Assembly (NCBI GenBank): GCA_963718615.1
Contig: OY970368.1
Span: forward strand, 2,006,475-2,070,474
Origin: an uncultured cyanobacterium
Lineage (GTDB): Bacteria > Cyanobacteriota > Cyanobacteriia > PCC-9006 > JAAUQQ01
Length of the DNA: 64,000 nucleotides
Direction of reading: 5' to 3'
Of the stretch, positions 49,742 to 59,973 are shown one piece after another. The position numbers and the translations under genes were made by a program. Numbering within the stretch: position 1 is the stretch's first letter; the number at the start of each line of letters is the position of its first letter. The notes beneath the pieces were generated by a model, which was given only the letters and a program-made list of their open reading frames with translations, was not told the DNA's origin and searched no databases.

Positions 49742-51556
49742 GTGATCATTCAGCATGATGTCCTGATCGTGGGGGGCGGCATTGCAGGCTGCCAAGCGGC
49801 CCTAGAAATTGCCAAAACTGCGCCCCACCTCAGCATCGGCCTTATTGCCAAAACCCATCCCATTCGCTCCCATTCCGTTGCGGCCCAGGGTGGGATCGCG
49901 GCTTCGTTGCAAAATGTCGATCCGGAAGATAGCTGGAAAGCCCATGCCTTTGATACGGTCAAGGGCTCGGATTATTTGGCAGACCAGGATGCGGTGGCAA
50001 TTTTGGCCCAAGAAGCGCCCCAAGCGATCATTGACCTAGAGCATCTGGGGGTGCTGTTTTCACGACTGGCCGACGGTCGTGTGGCCCAGCGAGCCTTTGG
50101 CGGTCATTCCCATAACCGCACCTGTTACGCCGCTGACAAAACGGGCCATGCCATTTTGCATGAGCTGGTGATGAACCTGATGCGCCACGGCGTCACGGTC
50201 TATGACGAGTGGTATGTGATGCGGCTGATTGTGGACGAAGCCGAGGCGGAAAAAACGGCCCGAGGCGTCGTCATGTTTCGGATTCGGGATGGGCAATTAG
50301 CGGTGGTGCAAGCCCGAGCCGTGATGTTGGCGACCGGGGGCTATGGTCGTGTTTTTAATACGACCTCCAATGACTACGCCTGTACGGGCGATGGTTTGGC
50401 GATGGTGGCCCTAGCCGGACTGCCCCTTCAGGATATGGAATTTGTTCAATTTCATCCCACGGGACTCTATCCTGTGGGGGTTTTGGTCTCTGAAGCCGTG
50501 CGGGGTGAAGGAGCCTATTTGATCAATCATCAGGGCGATCGCTTTATGGCCCACTATGCCCCCAGCCGAATGGAGTTGGCCCCTCGGGATATTACGTCAC
50601 GGGCGATCGCTCTAGAAGTCCGGGCTGGTCGGGGCATTCACCCCAATGGCAGTGGCGGGGGTCCCTTTGTCTATTTGGATCTGCGGCATATGGGGCGTGA
50701 GAAAATCATGAGCCGGGTGCCCTTTTGCTGGGAAGAGGCCCATCGGCTCCTGGGCGTAGATGCCGTAGAGTCGCCGATCCCCGTCCGACCCACGGCCCAT
50801 TACTGCATGGGCGGTATCCCCACAACGGTGGATGGAGAAGTGATCTATAACCCTAGCAGCCAAACCGTTGCAGGCCTGTTTTCTGCGGGAGAAACGGCCT
50901 GTGTTTCAGTGCATGGAGCCAATCGCCTGGGCAGCAATTCCCTGCTGGAATGTGTGGTCTATGGGCGGCGAACGGGGGGGGCGATCGCCCGCTTTCTCCA
51001 AAGCCCCAAGGCCCCAGATCCTAACGCCTCAGCCCTCGATCCAACTCCTTACCTCCAAGATGCCCGAGCTCTGCTCCAAGGGTTACTCGACCAACCCGGC
51101 CAATACCGTCTGGGCGAAGTGCGTCAGCAATTCCAAGACTGCATGAGCGAACACTGTGGCGTGTTCCGCACCGCAGAAACCATGCAGGCCGGTCTTGTCC
51201 AGTTGCAAAGGCTCAAGCAAAAAGCTGCCCAGATTTATCTCGACGACAAAAGCAAGCTCTGGAATACAGAACTGACCGAAGCCCTCGAACTGAGAAATCT
51301 TTTAGTCGTGGGTGAAATCATCCTCGCCTCTGCCCTCCAGCGCCAGGAAAGTCGGGGAGCCCACTTTCGAGAAGATTTTCCCCAGCGCGATGACCCCCAA
51401 TATCTTCATCACAGCCTTGCGGCTCGGGGAATTGCTCGTTCAGTAGAAGACTCAAAAGACTTGACGATCGAGGCTTGGGGCCTTGCTACGGCGGTTAAGG
51501 TACAGCCACGCCCGGTGGCCCTGGGTCTGTTTGAGCCCAAGGAACGCAAATACTAA
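49742..51556 (+). CDS. sdhA: succinate dehydrogenase / fumarate reductase flavoprotein subunit
   Basis: FAD-binding VLIVGGGIAGCQAA, HSVAAQGGI with the FAD-attachment His, HPTGL. Confidence 0.9.
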   Translation: MIIQHDVLIVGGGIAGCQAALEIAKTAPHLSIGLIAKTHPIRSHSVAAQGGIAASLQNVDPEDSWKAHAFDTVKGSDYLADQDAVAILAQEAPQAIIDLEHLGVLFSRLADGRVAQRAFGGHSHNRTCYAADKTGHAILHELVMNLMRHGVTVYDEWYVMRLIVDEAEAEKTARGVVMFRIRDGQLAVVQARAVMLATGGYGRVFNTTSNDYACTGDGLAMVALAGLPLQDMEFVQFHPTGLYPVGVLVSEAVRGEGAYLINHQGDRFMAHYAPSRMELAPRDITSRAIALEVRAGRGIHPNGSGGGPFVYLDLRHMGREKIMSRVPFCWEEAHRLLGVDAVESPIPVRPTAHYCMGGIPTTVDGEVIYNPSSQTVAGLFSAGETACVSVHGANRLGSNSLLECVVYGRRTGGAIARFLQSPKAPDPNASALDPTPYLQDARALLQGLLDQPGQYRLGEVRQQFQDCMSEHCGVFRTAETMQAGLVQLQRLKQKAAQIYLDDKSKLWNTELTEALELRNLLVVGEIILASALQRQESRGAHFREDFPQRDDPQYLHHSLAARGIARSVEDSKDLTIEAWGLATAVKVQPRPVALGLFEPKERKY

Positions 51557-51740
51557 CGCCTAGGGTTCAAACCCCAGGCGGTTTAGGCTGGCTGCAAATC
51601 TGAAATAGGATTGATTTGTTTTAAAATTCGCCTGTAAAATTCCCCATAGGTGTTGAATCCCCCTTAGTGCGGTAGGGTACCCAACGCAACTACGTTACGA
51701 TGGAAATTACGCATCTCAGTCCCTGAGGAATGGGTCGCAT

Positions 51741-52376
51741 ATGTTATTGACCGAGCTTGCCACTCAAACTCCGGCTCCCTGTAAATTGCTAATTTCACGT
51801 CGACAGTACCGAACGTGTCATATTCATGTGCCTGATCTGGAGCAGCACTTGAGCGCGATTCAGGTGGGCGAGGATTTCTACAGTTTTTATAAAATTTTTG
51901 ATGATCCCCAAAAGTTAATTCATTTGGTTTGTAAGTTGGGGAACCGAGGCGATCGCATGTCCCTCACCCGTGCCCCCAAGGGCTACACCCTCTGGGTGTG
52001 GGAGCCGGATGCCACCCCTTTACCCGGCCAACAGCATCCCGCGCTGACGGATGACCCGGCCTATACCCAGATTTTGCCTCTCCAGGCCGAATATTTTCCC
52101 TGCATGGTCACGGTTCCCGAGCTTAATCGGCAGGTTTTGGCCCTGGGGCTCAAAGGTCATTTTTACCGCTTTTTTAAGCTAGAGAAGGACTTTGACGGCG
52201 TCATGAATGTGGCGGGGCGTCTCTCGCGCCAAGGATCAGAAACCATGATTGTGACTGCGCGCGGAATTTTAGAGAAAGTGGCCCAACACCTCGACCCGAC
52301 GGTGACTCAAAGCATTGAGGGGGGATATGTCATCTGTGTCCGAGAAGACTCGGCCCATCTCGTGATTCCCGCCTAG
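51741..52376 (+). CDS. hypothetical protein with internal tandem domain duplication
   Basis: Two related ~80-aa halves (DFYSFYKIFDD... / HFYRFFKLEKD...). Confidence 0.45.
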   Translation: MLLTELATQTPAPCKLLISRRQYRTCHIHVPDLEQHLSAIQVGEDFYSFYKIFDDPQKLIHLVCKLGNRGDRMSLTRAPKGYTLWVWEPDATPLPGQQHPALTDDPAYTQILPLQAEYFPCMVTVPELNRQVLALGLKGHFYRFFKLEKDFDGVMNVAGRLSRQGSETMIVTARGILEKVAQHLDPTVTQSIEGGYVICVREDSAHLVIPA

Positions 52377-52430
52377 GTTCTGCTCAAATCAACCTTTAAA
52401 ATTGACTGCTGATGTTTTGGCGGCGCACCT

Positions 52431-53360
52431 GTGGATGGATCCTTAACCTACGGACTGATCAACTTTTATAAGCCTCTAGGCTGGACCTCCCATGATTGCG
52501 TCGCCAAGGTCCGGCGTCTGCTGCGCCAAAAACGGGTGGGTCATGGCGGCACGCTTGATCCGGCGGCAACGGGGGTCCTGCCGATTGCGGTTGGTCAGGC
52601 AACCCGACTGATCCAATTCTTACCCGAAGACAAAGCCTATGTGGGTCGTGTCCGGCTTGGATGGATCACCGATACCGATGACCTAGAGGGGGCAGTGATT
52701 GCCCAAACGGATGCTTCTGCGGTGACCCTAGCCCAGGTCGAGGCTCAACTTCCTCAGTTCCAAGGAACCATCCAGCAGTTTCCCCCTCGCTACAGTGCCA
52801 TCCAAATCGAGGGCAAGCGGCTTTACGATCGTGCCCGACAGGGGGAAGTTTTTGAGGTGCCGCTCCGAACGGTTACGGTTCACCATATCCAGGTGTTGAG
52901 TTGGCAACCGGGCGATAGTGAACGGGCTCCGGAAATTGAGCTGGCGATCGCCTGTGGGCCGGGTACCTACATTCGCTCCATCGCCCGTGACCTTGGTGCA
53001 GCCCTAGGGGTCGGTGGAACCTTGGCAAGTTTGGTGCGGACGAAGAGTTGTGGATTGGCCTTGGGGGAAAGTTTGACCCTAGAGGAATTAGAGGCCCGTC
53101 GAGAGGTGGGGGAATTGGCGCTGCTGGATCCGGCGATCGCCCTTCAGCACCTCGAAGCCATTTGCCTGACCCCCGCGCTCGTTCAGCGTTGGTTCTATGG
53201 ACAGCGGTTGCCGATAGAACGGTCGCCGTCACCCCATCCCGTGCGGGTTGAGGACGAAGCGGGAAGTCTCCTAGGAATTGGGGAGTTGTGTTTAGGACAA
53301 AACGGGTGTCCGATTCTGGCTCCTAAACTGGTCTTGTCGCCGGAGACTGGAATCGGTTGA
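52431..53360 (+). CDS. truB: tRNA pseudouridine(55) synthase
   Basis: HGGTLDP catalytic Asp motif, TruB N-terminus. Confidence 0.9.
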   Translation: MDGSLTYGLINFYKPLGWTSHDCVAKVRRLLRQKRVGHGGTLDPAATGVLPIAVGQATRLIQFLPEDKAYVGRVRLGWITDTDDLEGAVIAQTDASAVTLAQVEAQLPQFQGTIQQFPPRYSAIQIEGKRLYDRARQGEVFEVPLRTVTVHHIQVLSWQPGDSERAPEIELAIACGPGTYIRSIARDLGAALGVGGTLASLVRTKSCGLALGESLTLEELEARREVGELALLDPAIALQHLEAICLTPALVQRWFYGQRLPIERSPSPHPVRVEDEAGSLLGIGELCLGQNGCPILAPKLVLSPETGIG

Positions 53361-53396
53361 ATGGGCCTCTGCAAATCATGAGTTTAGCCTTTAGGT

Positions 53397-54110
53397 CTAT
53401 TGGGTTTCTCCAATTAAGGTAAATCCAGCCCAGGCTTTTGGATCCGCATTTTCTTGCTTGACCCGTAACATCGCTTGCCGCAGCGCTTGAGCACTGTCTA
53501 AATTCTCGCCTTGCCTCAGCCGATAGAATTCCGCCATCAGCTTGGCCGTTGCGTCATCCGGGACCTGCCAGAGCGATACCATGACGCTCGCGGCCCCTGC
53601 GCCCAAAAACGATCGTGATAACCCAATCACGCCATCTCCAGTAATTCGCCCTCGTCCGGTATCGCAGGCGCTGAGGACAACCAGTTCCGCTTGGATGGGA
53701 ATGTCCAAAATTTCGCCCGCTGTCAGTAAGCCGTCATCCGCAGGGGTGGTTGCAGTCGCACTGTCGGGAGCGAGGGCGATCGCCCCCTTCAAAGGCTCAC
53801 TGGAATTGAACACCCCATGGGTTGCCAAATGAATCAGCCGAGACTGGGACAGTTGCTGTTTGACGCTGCCCTCTGTCGCTGCGGCACCGATGCGCGCTTG
53901 AGTCTTGAGAATTTCGCCAATTTCTTCGGCTTCCGTCGCGGTAAACGGCAGCGGCGCAAAGGATGGCGGCATAGGGGTCGGATTGCCTACAATCAGGGAC
54001 TGTTGCAGCGTATTGGGGATTTGCTGGCGGCGACGGTGGGTGGCCTCTAGAACTTGCATCGCTGGAGCAGTTTGGAGGGTATGTTGCTCGAACCAAGTAG
54101 CTGCCGTCAT
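53397..54110 (-). CDS. CHAT (caspase-like) protease domain; 3' piece of a frameshifted TPS-TPR-CHAT gene
   Basis: His/Cys dyad motifs HLATHG and LSACDTG; overlaps upstream ORF in +1 frame. Confidence 0.7.
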   Translation of the reverse strand: MTAATWFEQHTLQTAPAMQVLEATHRRRQQIPNTLQQSLIVGNPTPMPPSFAPLPFTATEAEEIGEILKTQARIGAAATEGSVKQQLSQSRLIHLATHGVFNSSEPLKGAIALAPDSATATTPADDGLLTAGEILDIPIQAELVVLSACDTGRGRITGDGVIGLSRSFLGAGAASVMVSLWQVPDDATAKLMAEFYRLRQGENLDSAQALRQAMLRVKQENADPKAWAGFTLIGETQ

Positions 54111-57100
54111 TGGCCTGAAGCGCTGGGAAGGGTACTAAGAAGAGTTCCTCCTGGGGAATAAAGACGATTCGCTCCTGGGCCTCTGGGGGCAAGAGATCGG
54201 CGATGGGGGTAATCAGGAGTTGGTAGAGTTGATTGAGGGGATTGGCGGCGATCGCAGCGGCTGGCGCAGCCATTGATGCAGCCGTTGATGCAGCAGCTCC
54301 TGAAGGCACAAGACCGGCCCCTTCCTCGCCCCGGCTCAACCGACTGGCGGCTCGGGCGCAGAGGCGATCGTTCATACAGCGTCGGGCAATGGCGACAGCA
54401 TTCACGAGGGACGTTTTGTTTTGCTGTTGCCAAGCAAACAGATTAACTTGCCGAACCTGCACGTTACCCTCGGGCGAAAGCACCCAGATGAGCAGTCGGG
54501 ACGCTTGGGGCTCTCCGGCATATTGGGGCGATGCACCGTGGGGAACTTCGACAAACTGCTCACGGGCAATGGTATAGGCCACCATCGTTGCCTTTTGCTC
54601 ACGGGCAATGCGTTGCAATTCGGCTAAGTTGGGGGGAGGAACAGTGGCTTTTTGGGATTGCTGGGCCGCATTGCCTCGGGCCAAGAGCTCCACAAAGGCT
54701 CGGCCTCGGCCCCGTTCGGCAATTTCGAGGGCTTGGGCGGGTTTGTTTTGGTCGACGAGAACTTCCTGCAAATTTTGGTAGGCCGCTAGCTGGGTTTCAA
54801 AAATTGAAACCTTATAGGTATCGTTATTTCCCAGCCCCGCCCGCAGGGATTCCCAAACGCTCAAACTCTCAAACAGACTCCGTTCTGCGGCGGCCAGTTG
54901 GTCCACTTGAAACTGAGCATCCCCTAGATTGGTTAAGGCAATCCCTTCGCCTAAACGAGTTTTGAGATCGCGCACGATCGCCAGTGCCTGTTGATTGAAT
55001 TCAATGGCCTTACCATAATCTTTTTGATAGGCATAGGTCGCGCCCAAGCCTAAAAGAGTCTGTGCAATTTCTAACTGAGAGCCAATGGCTTGAGCGAGGG
55101 TGAGGCTTTGCTGGTAGTGGGCGATCGCTTGCCCAAATTCCCCATTCAGGGCATAGGTATTGCCTAGATTTCCTAGGGTTTGCATTTCCCCATAGCGGTC
55201 TTGGGTTGCACGGACTAGGGTTAAACTTTGCCGCTGGTATTGAATGGCCTGAGGATAGTTCTTCTTCGATAGGTAGGCGTTCCCCAAATTGCGTAGGGCT
55301 AAGGTGTACCATTGGGGTGCCGTTTCTGGAGTTAGTTGATTAAGGCTGCGGTTGTAATAGTCGATCGCGGTGTCGTAGTCCCCGAGGGCTGCGTAGGCGG
55401 CACCGATGCCCGCTTGGGCGATGCCGATTTGGGTGCGATCGCTCGTTCGCATGGCTTTCTCAAGCTGTGTTTGATGAAATTCTAGCGCTTTAAGATAATC
55501 TCCAATGACAAAGTGAGAAACTCCCAAATTATTGAGCGAATAGAGTTCCCATTCTGAGCTTTTGTTCGCTTCTGCTAAAGATAGATTTTGTTCATAACAC
55601 TGAATTAAGACATTATAAAGGCCCTGGTCTCGCTGACCGGCGGAGGTCTCTTGAAGTTGCTTGACCTGTTGGGGACAATCCTGAAATGGAATACGGGTGG
55701 GTGTTACGCCTGAAATCGTTTCGGGTCCAGGGTTGCTGTTGTTTTGGGAAGGATTAAGCGAGTCGTCTTGGGGAACGTTTGCGATTGGACCTAAATCAGG
55801 ATTGCTCGGTGAAATTGGTGCACCAGCAACACCGGGATTTAGAGAATTAACTCCAGAGGCAGCAGGGTCGATCACTTCTGCATCACCCGTTGGTGAAATT
55901 TGAATACTATAGGTGACGGTATTCATGGGGCCAATACCAAGGGGGAGGCTTGGGAAAAGAGGCTGAACACCAATGACCATCGGAATGACTGTAACCGTAA
56001 AACTGCCCCCCGGACCAAGAAAAGGTAATGTATTGGGTCCATTGGTATTAACGGAAAGACTTGTGGGTATTTTGTTTGAGGTGTCAGGATTATTCCCAAA
56101 AACGTTGCCCTGTAGACTTTGTATGGTTTTGGTAGACCAGTAAGTAGGAGGAATCAGTAATAAGTTTGGTTCTGGAATGACGCTCTTAAAAATGGAGAGA
56201 TCTGCAAACCGGGCAGAAGATTCTAGGGGAATTCCAAAAATGACAGAAACGGATTGATTGACCGTCTCAGGAACTTTGAGGACTGATTCTGGTTGTGTTT
56301 GTAAATCTCGGATAATGCCTGGGGGAATGCGAGGCGGGGATGGCGGATCCGGAGGATTATCAATTTGAGTGGGAACTTCAACGGTTTGCGAAACGGCGAG
56401 GCCATCGCTAACACGGAGGCTAAAAGCATTGAGATTACCGCTAATTCCGGTAGGTGGTTCGTAGGTGAGAGCGTCGGTCAGGGCGATCGCCTCACCATTA
56501 CCCAAAACGACCCCATTTCTTCGTAAAATACCGCTGTTAACCGCAACGAGAGCCAACGTCAAATTATCATTGTCTGCATCTGCGATCGCTAAATTCAAAT
56601 CATTCAACGTAAAGCTAAGCGGCTGATCGACCGTCGTGGTTAACCCTGGACTTCCCGTTAAAATCGGTGCGGCATTGTTAAAGGTAATACTAATTTCATT
56701 GTTGGGACCTTGAGTGGTTGTACCGGTTGCGTTAAACGAGGTATTGGCGATCGCCACCGGAGCCCCAAAAGTCCCCACAGAAAGACCCCCTGCTGTGCCA
56801 TTAATCGCCAAATTCCCCACCGTAAAGCCAACATTGTCGGGACCTCCATTATGCTGAAGGGCGATCGTTCCCGCTGTCTCTCCTCCAAAGGTATCAATCG
56901 TGGTTGGACTTCCTAATTCATTTAGAAGGGTCCCTGTTCCCTGAATCGTTCCCGCTGCATTGATTGAAACATTTCCCCCCTGTCCGGCATCGCGACTTTC
57001 CCCTTGGCTGGCTGTATTAATGGTTTCAAACTGAATGTCTCTACCCCCATTGAGTTGAACAGCGCCTGCGGCCACATTATCTGTGGAGTTTGAACGTGCA

Positions 57101-58059
57101 GAAGTATCGATCGCCCCCGCTGCAATCGTACCTTGGGGCGCGGCTACGGATATGGGACCACCCTGAATAAAGTTAGCAGCTTCTTCCGTCGTATCATTGA
57201 CTGCCGTACTGAGATTGCCCACTTGAATACTAGAATCTGTGCCCGTTAAGAATTGGGGGAGCGACTGAGGGGTGAGTTCTGGCGGGAGGCGATCGCCTCC
57301 CGCCAGCGTGGAAATTTCTAGCGTCAACACTGCCCCCGCTTGACTAATCTGAACCCGATTTTGTCCCGGTACTGCTGCAATCAGAAGGTTACCTCCGGGC
57401 GCTGTCAAATTGCCACCACCGTTGATGTTGCCGCCTAGAAGAATCAGCGTGTTACCCGGTCGTACAGCCAAGGTTGCTTGGTTGACTAAGGCTGCTGGAT
57501 CCTCGAAGGAAAAGGCGAAGGCTGTTGGATCGCCGAGCAACTGGGCGTAGTTATTCGGGCCAAAGGCATTAAACCACTGGTCTCCGAAGGCAATGCGATC
57601 GCCCGTCATCCCCAAAAACGCCGCAGGCAAATTGAGCTGGGCATTGGGACCAAAAATCAGACCCGCTGGATTGATTAAAAATAAATTAGCAGTGGCTCCC
57701 GTAATTTGAAGCGTTCCGTTAATGCTTGAAGGCTGTCCCCCCGTGATTCGACCCAAGATATTTTCAAGGGTGGGATTGGCCACAAAATTGGCCGTTTGCC
57801 CGAGGTTGACATCAAAGGTTTGAAAACTATGAAAGAGGTTATTGCCTGCCGTCGTTCCACCGCTAATATCAACCTGATTCCCAACAGAATTGACCGTGGT
57901 TCCGGTGCCATCCGTTGCCGGGGTAATGGCTTGGGCCAAGATCAATGGAGGCTGTGAGAATGCAGGCCTTGATAACGCAGGCTGTGATAACGCAAGCCAA
58001 GAGACCATTGCCACGCTGGGCAGCGTGAGCCAGGACAACGGAGACAGAGGCGTTAGCAT
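53797..58059 (-). CDS. large secreted-type protein: signal peptide, TPS/haemagglutination-activity N-terminal domain, beta-rich repeats, TPR array, beginning of CHAT domain (5' piece of frameshifted gene)
   Basis: NLFHSFQTFDV TPS motif; 8+ TPR-like repeats (ALxNLGxxY); CHAT N-terminal motif FPALQANDGSYLV before frame loss. Confidence 0.7.
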   Translation of the reverse strand: MLTPLSPLSWLTLPSVAMVSWLALSQPALSRPAFSQPPLILAQAITPATDGTGTTVNSVGNQVDISGGTTAGNNLFHSFQTFDVNLGQTANFVANPTLENILGRITGGQPSSINGTLQITGATANLFLINPAGLIFGPNAQLNLPAAFLGMTGDRIAFGDQWFNAFGPNNYAQLLGDPTAFAFSFEDPAALVNQATLAVRPGNTLILLGGNINGGGNLTAPGGNLLIAAVPGQNRVQISQAGAVLTLEISTLAGGDRLPPELTPQSLPQFLTGTDSSIQVGNLSTAVNDTTEEAANFIQGGPISVAAPQGTIAAGAIDTSARSNSTDNVAAGAVQLNGGRDIQFETINTASQGESRDAGQGGNVSINAAGTIQGTGTLLNELGSPTTIDTFGGETAGTIALQHNGGPDNVGFTVGNLAINGTAGGLSVGTFGAPVAIANTSFNATGTTTQGPNNEISITFNNAAPILTGSPGLTTTVDQPLSFTLNDLNLAIADADNDNLTLALVAVNSGILRRNGVVLGNGEAIALTDALTYEPPTGISGNLNAFSLRVSDGLAVSQTVEVPTQIDNPPDPPSPPRIPPGIIRDLQTQPESVLKVPETVNQSVSVIFGIPLESSARFADLSIFKSVIPEPNLLLIPPTYWSTKTIQSLQGNVFGNNPDTSNKIPTSLSVNTNGPNTLPFLGPGGSFTVTVIPMVIGVQPLFPSLPLGIGPMNTVTYSIQISPTGDAEVIDPAASGVNSLNPGVAGAPISPSNPDLGPIANVPQDDSLNPSQNNSNPGPETISGVTPTRIPFQDCPQQVKQLQETSAGQRDQGLYNVLIQCYEQNLSLAEANKSSEWELYSLNNLGVSHFVIGDYLKALEFHQTQLEKAMRTSDRTQIGIAQAGIGAAYAALGDYDTAIDYYNRSLNQLTPETAPQWYTLALRNLGNAYLSKKNYPQAIQYQRQSLTLVRATQDRYGEMQTLGNLGNTYALNGEFGQAIAHYQQSLTLAQAIGSQLEIAQTLLGLGATYAYQKDYGKAIEFNQQALAIVRDLKTRLGEGIALTNLGDAQFQVDQLAAAERSLFESLSVWESLRAGLGNNDTYKVSIFETQLAAYQNLQEVLVDQNKPAQALEIAERGRGRAFVELLARGNAAQQSQKATVPPPNLAELQRIAREQKATMVAYTIAREQFVEVPHGASPQYAGEPQASRLLIWVLSPEGNVQVRQVNLFAWQQQNKTSLVNAVAIARRCMNDRLCARAASRLSRGEEGAGLVPSGAAASTAASMAAPAAAIAANPLNQLYQLLITPIADLLPPEAQERIVFIPQEELFLVPFPALQANDGSYLVRATYPPNCSSDASSRGHPPSPPANPQYAATVPDCRQSDPYAAILCAAAVYRDGSRRNWRNSQDSSAHRCRSDRGQRQTATVPVSADSFGNPWGVQFQ

Positions 58060-58184
58060 AGCACTTACCCATTCAGGAGATTTGGATCCCTATGACCGCG
58101 CACCGCAATTTATGCAGTGTAGCGATTCAATCATAGAATCGGGTCTTGCCTTTGGTTTTCGAGCTGAAATTCTCTGGCTCCGGA

Positions 58185-59933
58185 TCAATGGCTGGGTTCG
58201 TTACTCTTGTCACAGGCTTCGGGGGTGAGCATAGCGCGATCGCGCCCCGCCTGCTTGGCGGCATAGAGCCCCGCATCGGCCTGATCGACCAAAAGACTCG
58301 GCAGTTGTTCCGAGTTGGGAATCATCGTGGCGACTCCCAAACTCAAGCTCACCACCGGGGCGACCTTAGATCCCTTGTGTTCAATTTGAAGCTCCTTCAC
58401 CCGCTGCCGCACGAGCTCCGCCAGCTCTAGGGCACGGTCCGTCGACGTATTGGGCAACAAAATCACAAATTCTTCCCCCCCATAGCGGGCCGCCAAATCT
58501 GTTGAGCGTTTGACAACGGATTGTAGGGCTTGGGCAACCGACCGCAAACAGCGATCGCCCTGGGGATGGCCATAGGTATCGTTATAAATTTTAAAATAGT
58601 CAACATCGCAAATTATCAACGATAGGGGCCGCTGCGATCGCATCCCTTGCTGCCAGGAGCGCTGCAGGGTTTCATTAAATAAACGCCGATTGGCTAATTG
58701 GGTCAGCTCGTCTTTGCTGGAAAGCTGCTTAAATTGACGGGTTTGATAGGCCGCTAAGCCCAAGGTGGAACCGAGCCAAACCAGTAAACCCGGTACCCAG
58801 GGTAGCCACCAACTGCCCCACCAAAAGACGATATAGCTCCCCCCGACGAGGAGACCGGTGCCCCCTAGAATCCACAGCAGGGGCCTGCGGATTTGCAAGG
58901 GCTGCCAGTACAGGAGAAAACCGAGGCTGGCGATCGCCCCCAATCCCACCCATTCGGCCCATTTCGGTACCGTGCGAATTCCCGGTGCACGGCCCATTTC
59001 TACGGCACTGATGATTTGGCTAGCGAGATTGGCATGGAGTTCCACCCCGTACATTGTGGTACCGGTGTTCTGTGGCCCATTGCTGTAGGACGTAAAGAAT
59101 AGATCACCATCCGCAGCAGCGGTACTGCCCACAATCACGAGGCGATCATGTAAGAGTCCTGGCACTAACTCACCCTTGAGGACCTGGGTGAGGGAAACTC
59201 GCACAAACGGTTCTGTGGAATGACGTAGATTGAGCAAAAGCTGATACCCATTGGCATCCGCATGGATATAGCCGCCATCCTGAGACTCAAAGGCAGGAAA
59301 GGCGATACCTTGGATGGTCAAAACTGGGTCTTCGGGGTCCGGCTGGATGCCTGCGGCTGCGAGATATTCCAAGGCCAAGCGAAACCCCAAGCCCGGTAGG
59401 GCCTGATCATGATCCAAGGCCGGATAGAGCAACCCCCGCCGTATCCGTCCATCTGGATCCGCAAGAATATCGCTAGCGGCTAATCGCCCTTGGGAGCGCA
59501 AAATCTCATTACCAGGCACGGCTCCAATTTTTTCATTGCCAACCACTTTTTCAATGCCAATCAAATTGGGCGTATTGGCAAAGACTTGGGCCAACTGGTC
59601 TTGACCCTTGCCAATGGGCAAATTGCGGTAAAGATCTAGACCTATGACCCGAGGTTGCTGGGCTGCGATCGCCGTCAACAACTCCGCCAGGGTTTGGTCA
59701 GAGATCGCAGCTTGGCCCAGTTGCTGTAAGTCTTCTTCCTGGATGCCGACAATGACAATCCGGTCGTCCCTAGGCTCAGCCACCCGAGAACGAACCATGG
59801 CATCCAAGGTTTGCAATTCGAAGGACTGTAAACCGCCCAAACATCGCAAACCTGAGATCAGGCCAACCGTCCCCAGGCTAATCAACCCTGGAATGAGGGA
59901 GGTCAGACAACGCTGCCAATTTTTCCCAACCAT
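58185..59933 (-). CDS. CHASE2 sensor domain-GGDEF diguanylate cyclase
   Basis: CHASE2 periplasmic domain flanked by TM helices; C-terminal GGEEF (RYGGEEFVILL). Confidence 0.85.
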   Translation of the reverse strand: MVGKNWQRCLTSLIPGLISLGTVGLISGLRCLGGLQSFELQTLDAMVRSRVAEPRDDRIVIVGIQEEDLQQLGQAAISDQTLAELLTAIAAQQPRVIGLDLYRNLPIGKGQDQLAQVFANTPNLIGIEKVVGNEKIGAVPGNEILRSQGRLAASDILADPDGRIRRGLLYPALDHDQALPGLGFRLALEYLAAAGIQPDPEDPVLTIQGIAFPAFESQDGGYIHADANGYQLLLNLRHSTEPFVRVSLTQVLKGELVPGLLHDRLVIVGSTAAADGDLFFTSYSNGPQNTGTTMYGVELHANLASQIISAVEMGRAPGIRTVPKWAEWVGLGAIASLGFLLYWQPLQIRRPLLWILGGTGLLVGGSYIVFWWGSWWLPWVPGLLVWLGSTLGLAAYQTRQFKQLSSKDELTQLANRRLFNETLQRSWQQGMRSQRPLSLIICDVDYFKIYNDTYGHPQGDRCLRSVAQALQSVVKRSTDLAARYGGEEFVILLPNTSTDRALELAELVRQRVKELQIEHKGSKVAPVVSLSLGVATMIPNSEQLPSLLVDQADAGLYAAKQAGRDRAMLTPEACDKSNEPSH

Positions 59934-59973
59934 ATTGTGCAGTCCCTGCTAAAGCGGCGGTCGAAAAGTAACA

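Noticed and set aside
54060-54110. Programmed +1 ribosomal frameshift in the CHAT gene
   Set aside because: There is no obvious slippery heptamer or stimulatory structure. A simple indel or sequencing error is more likely.
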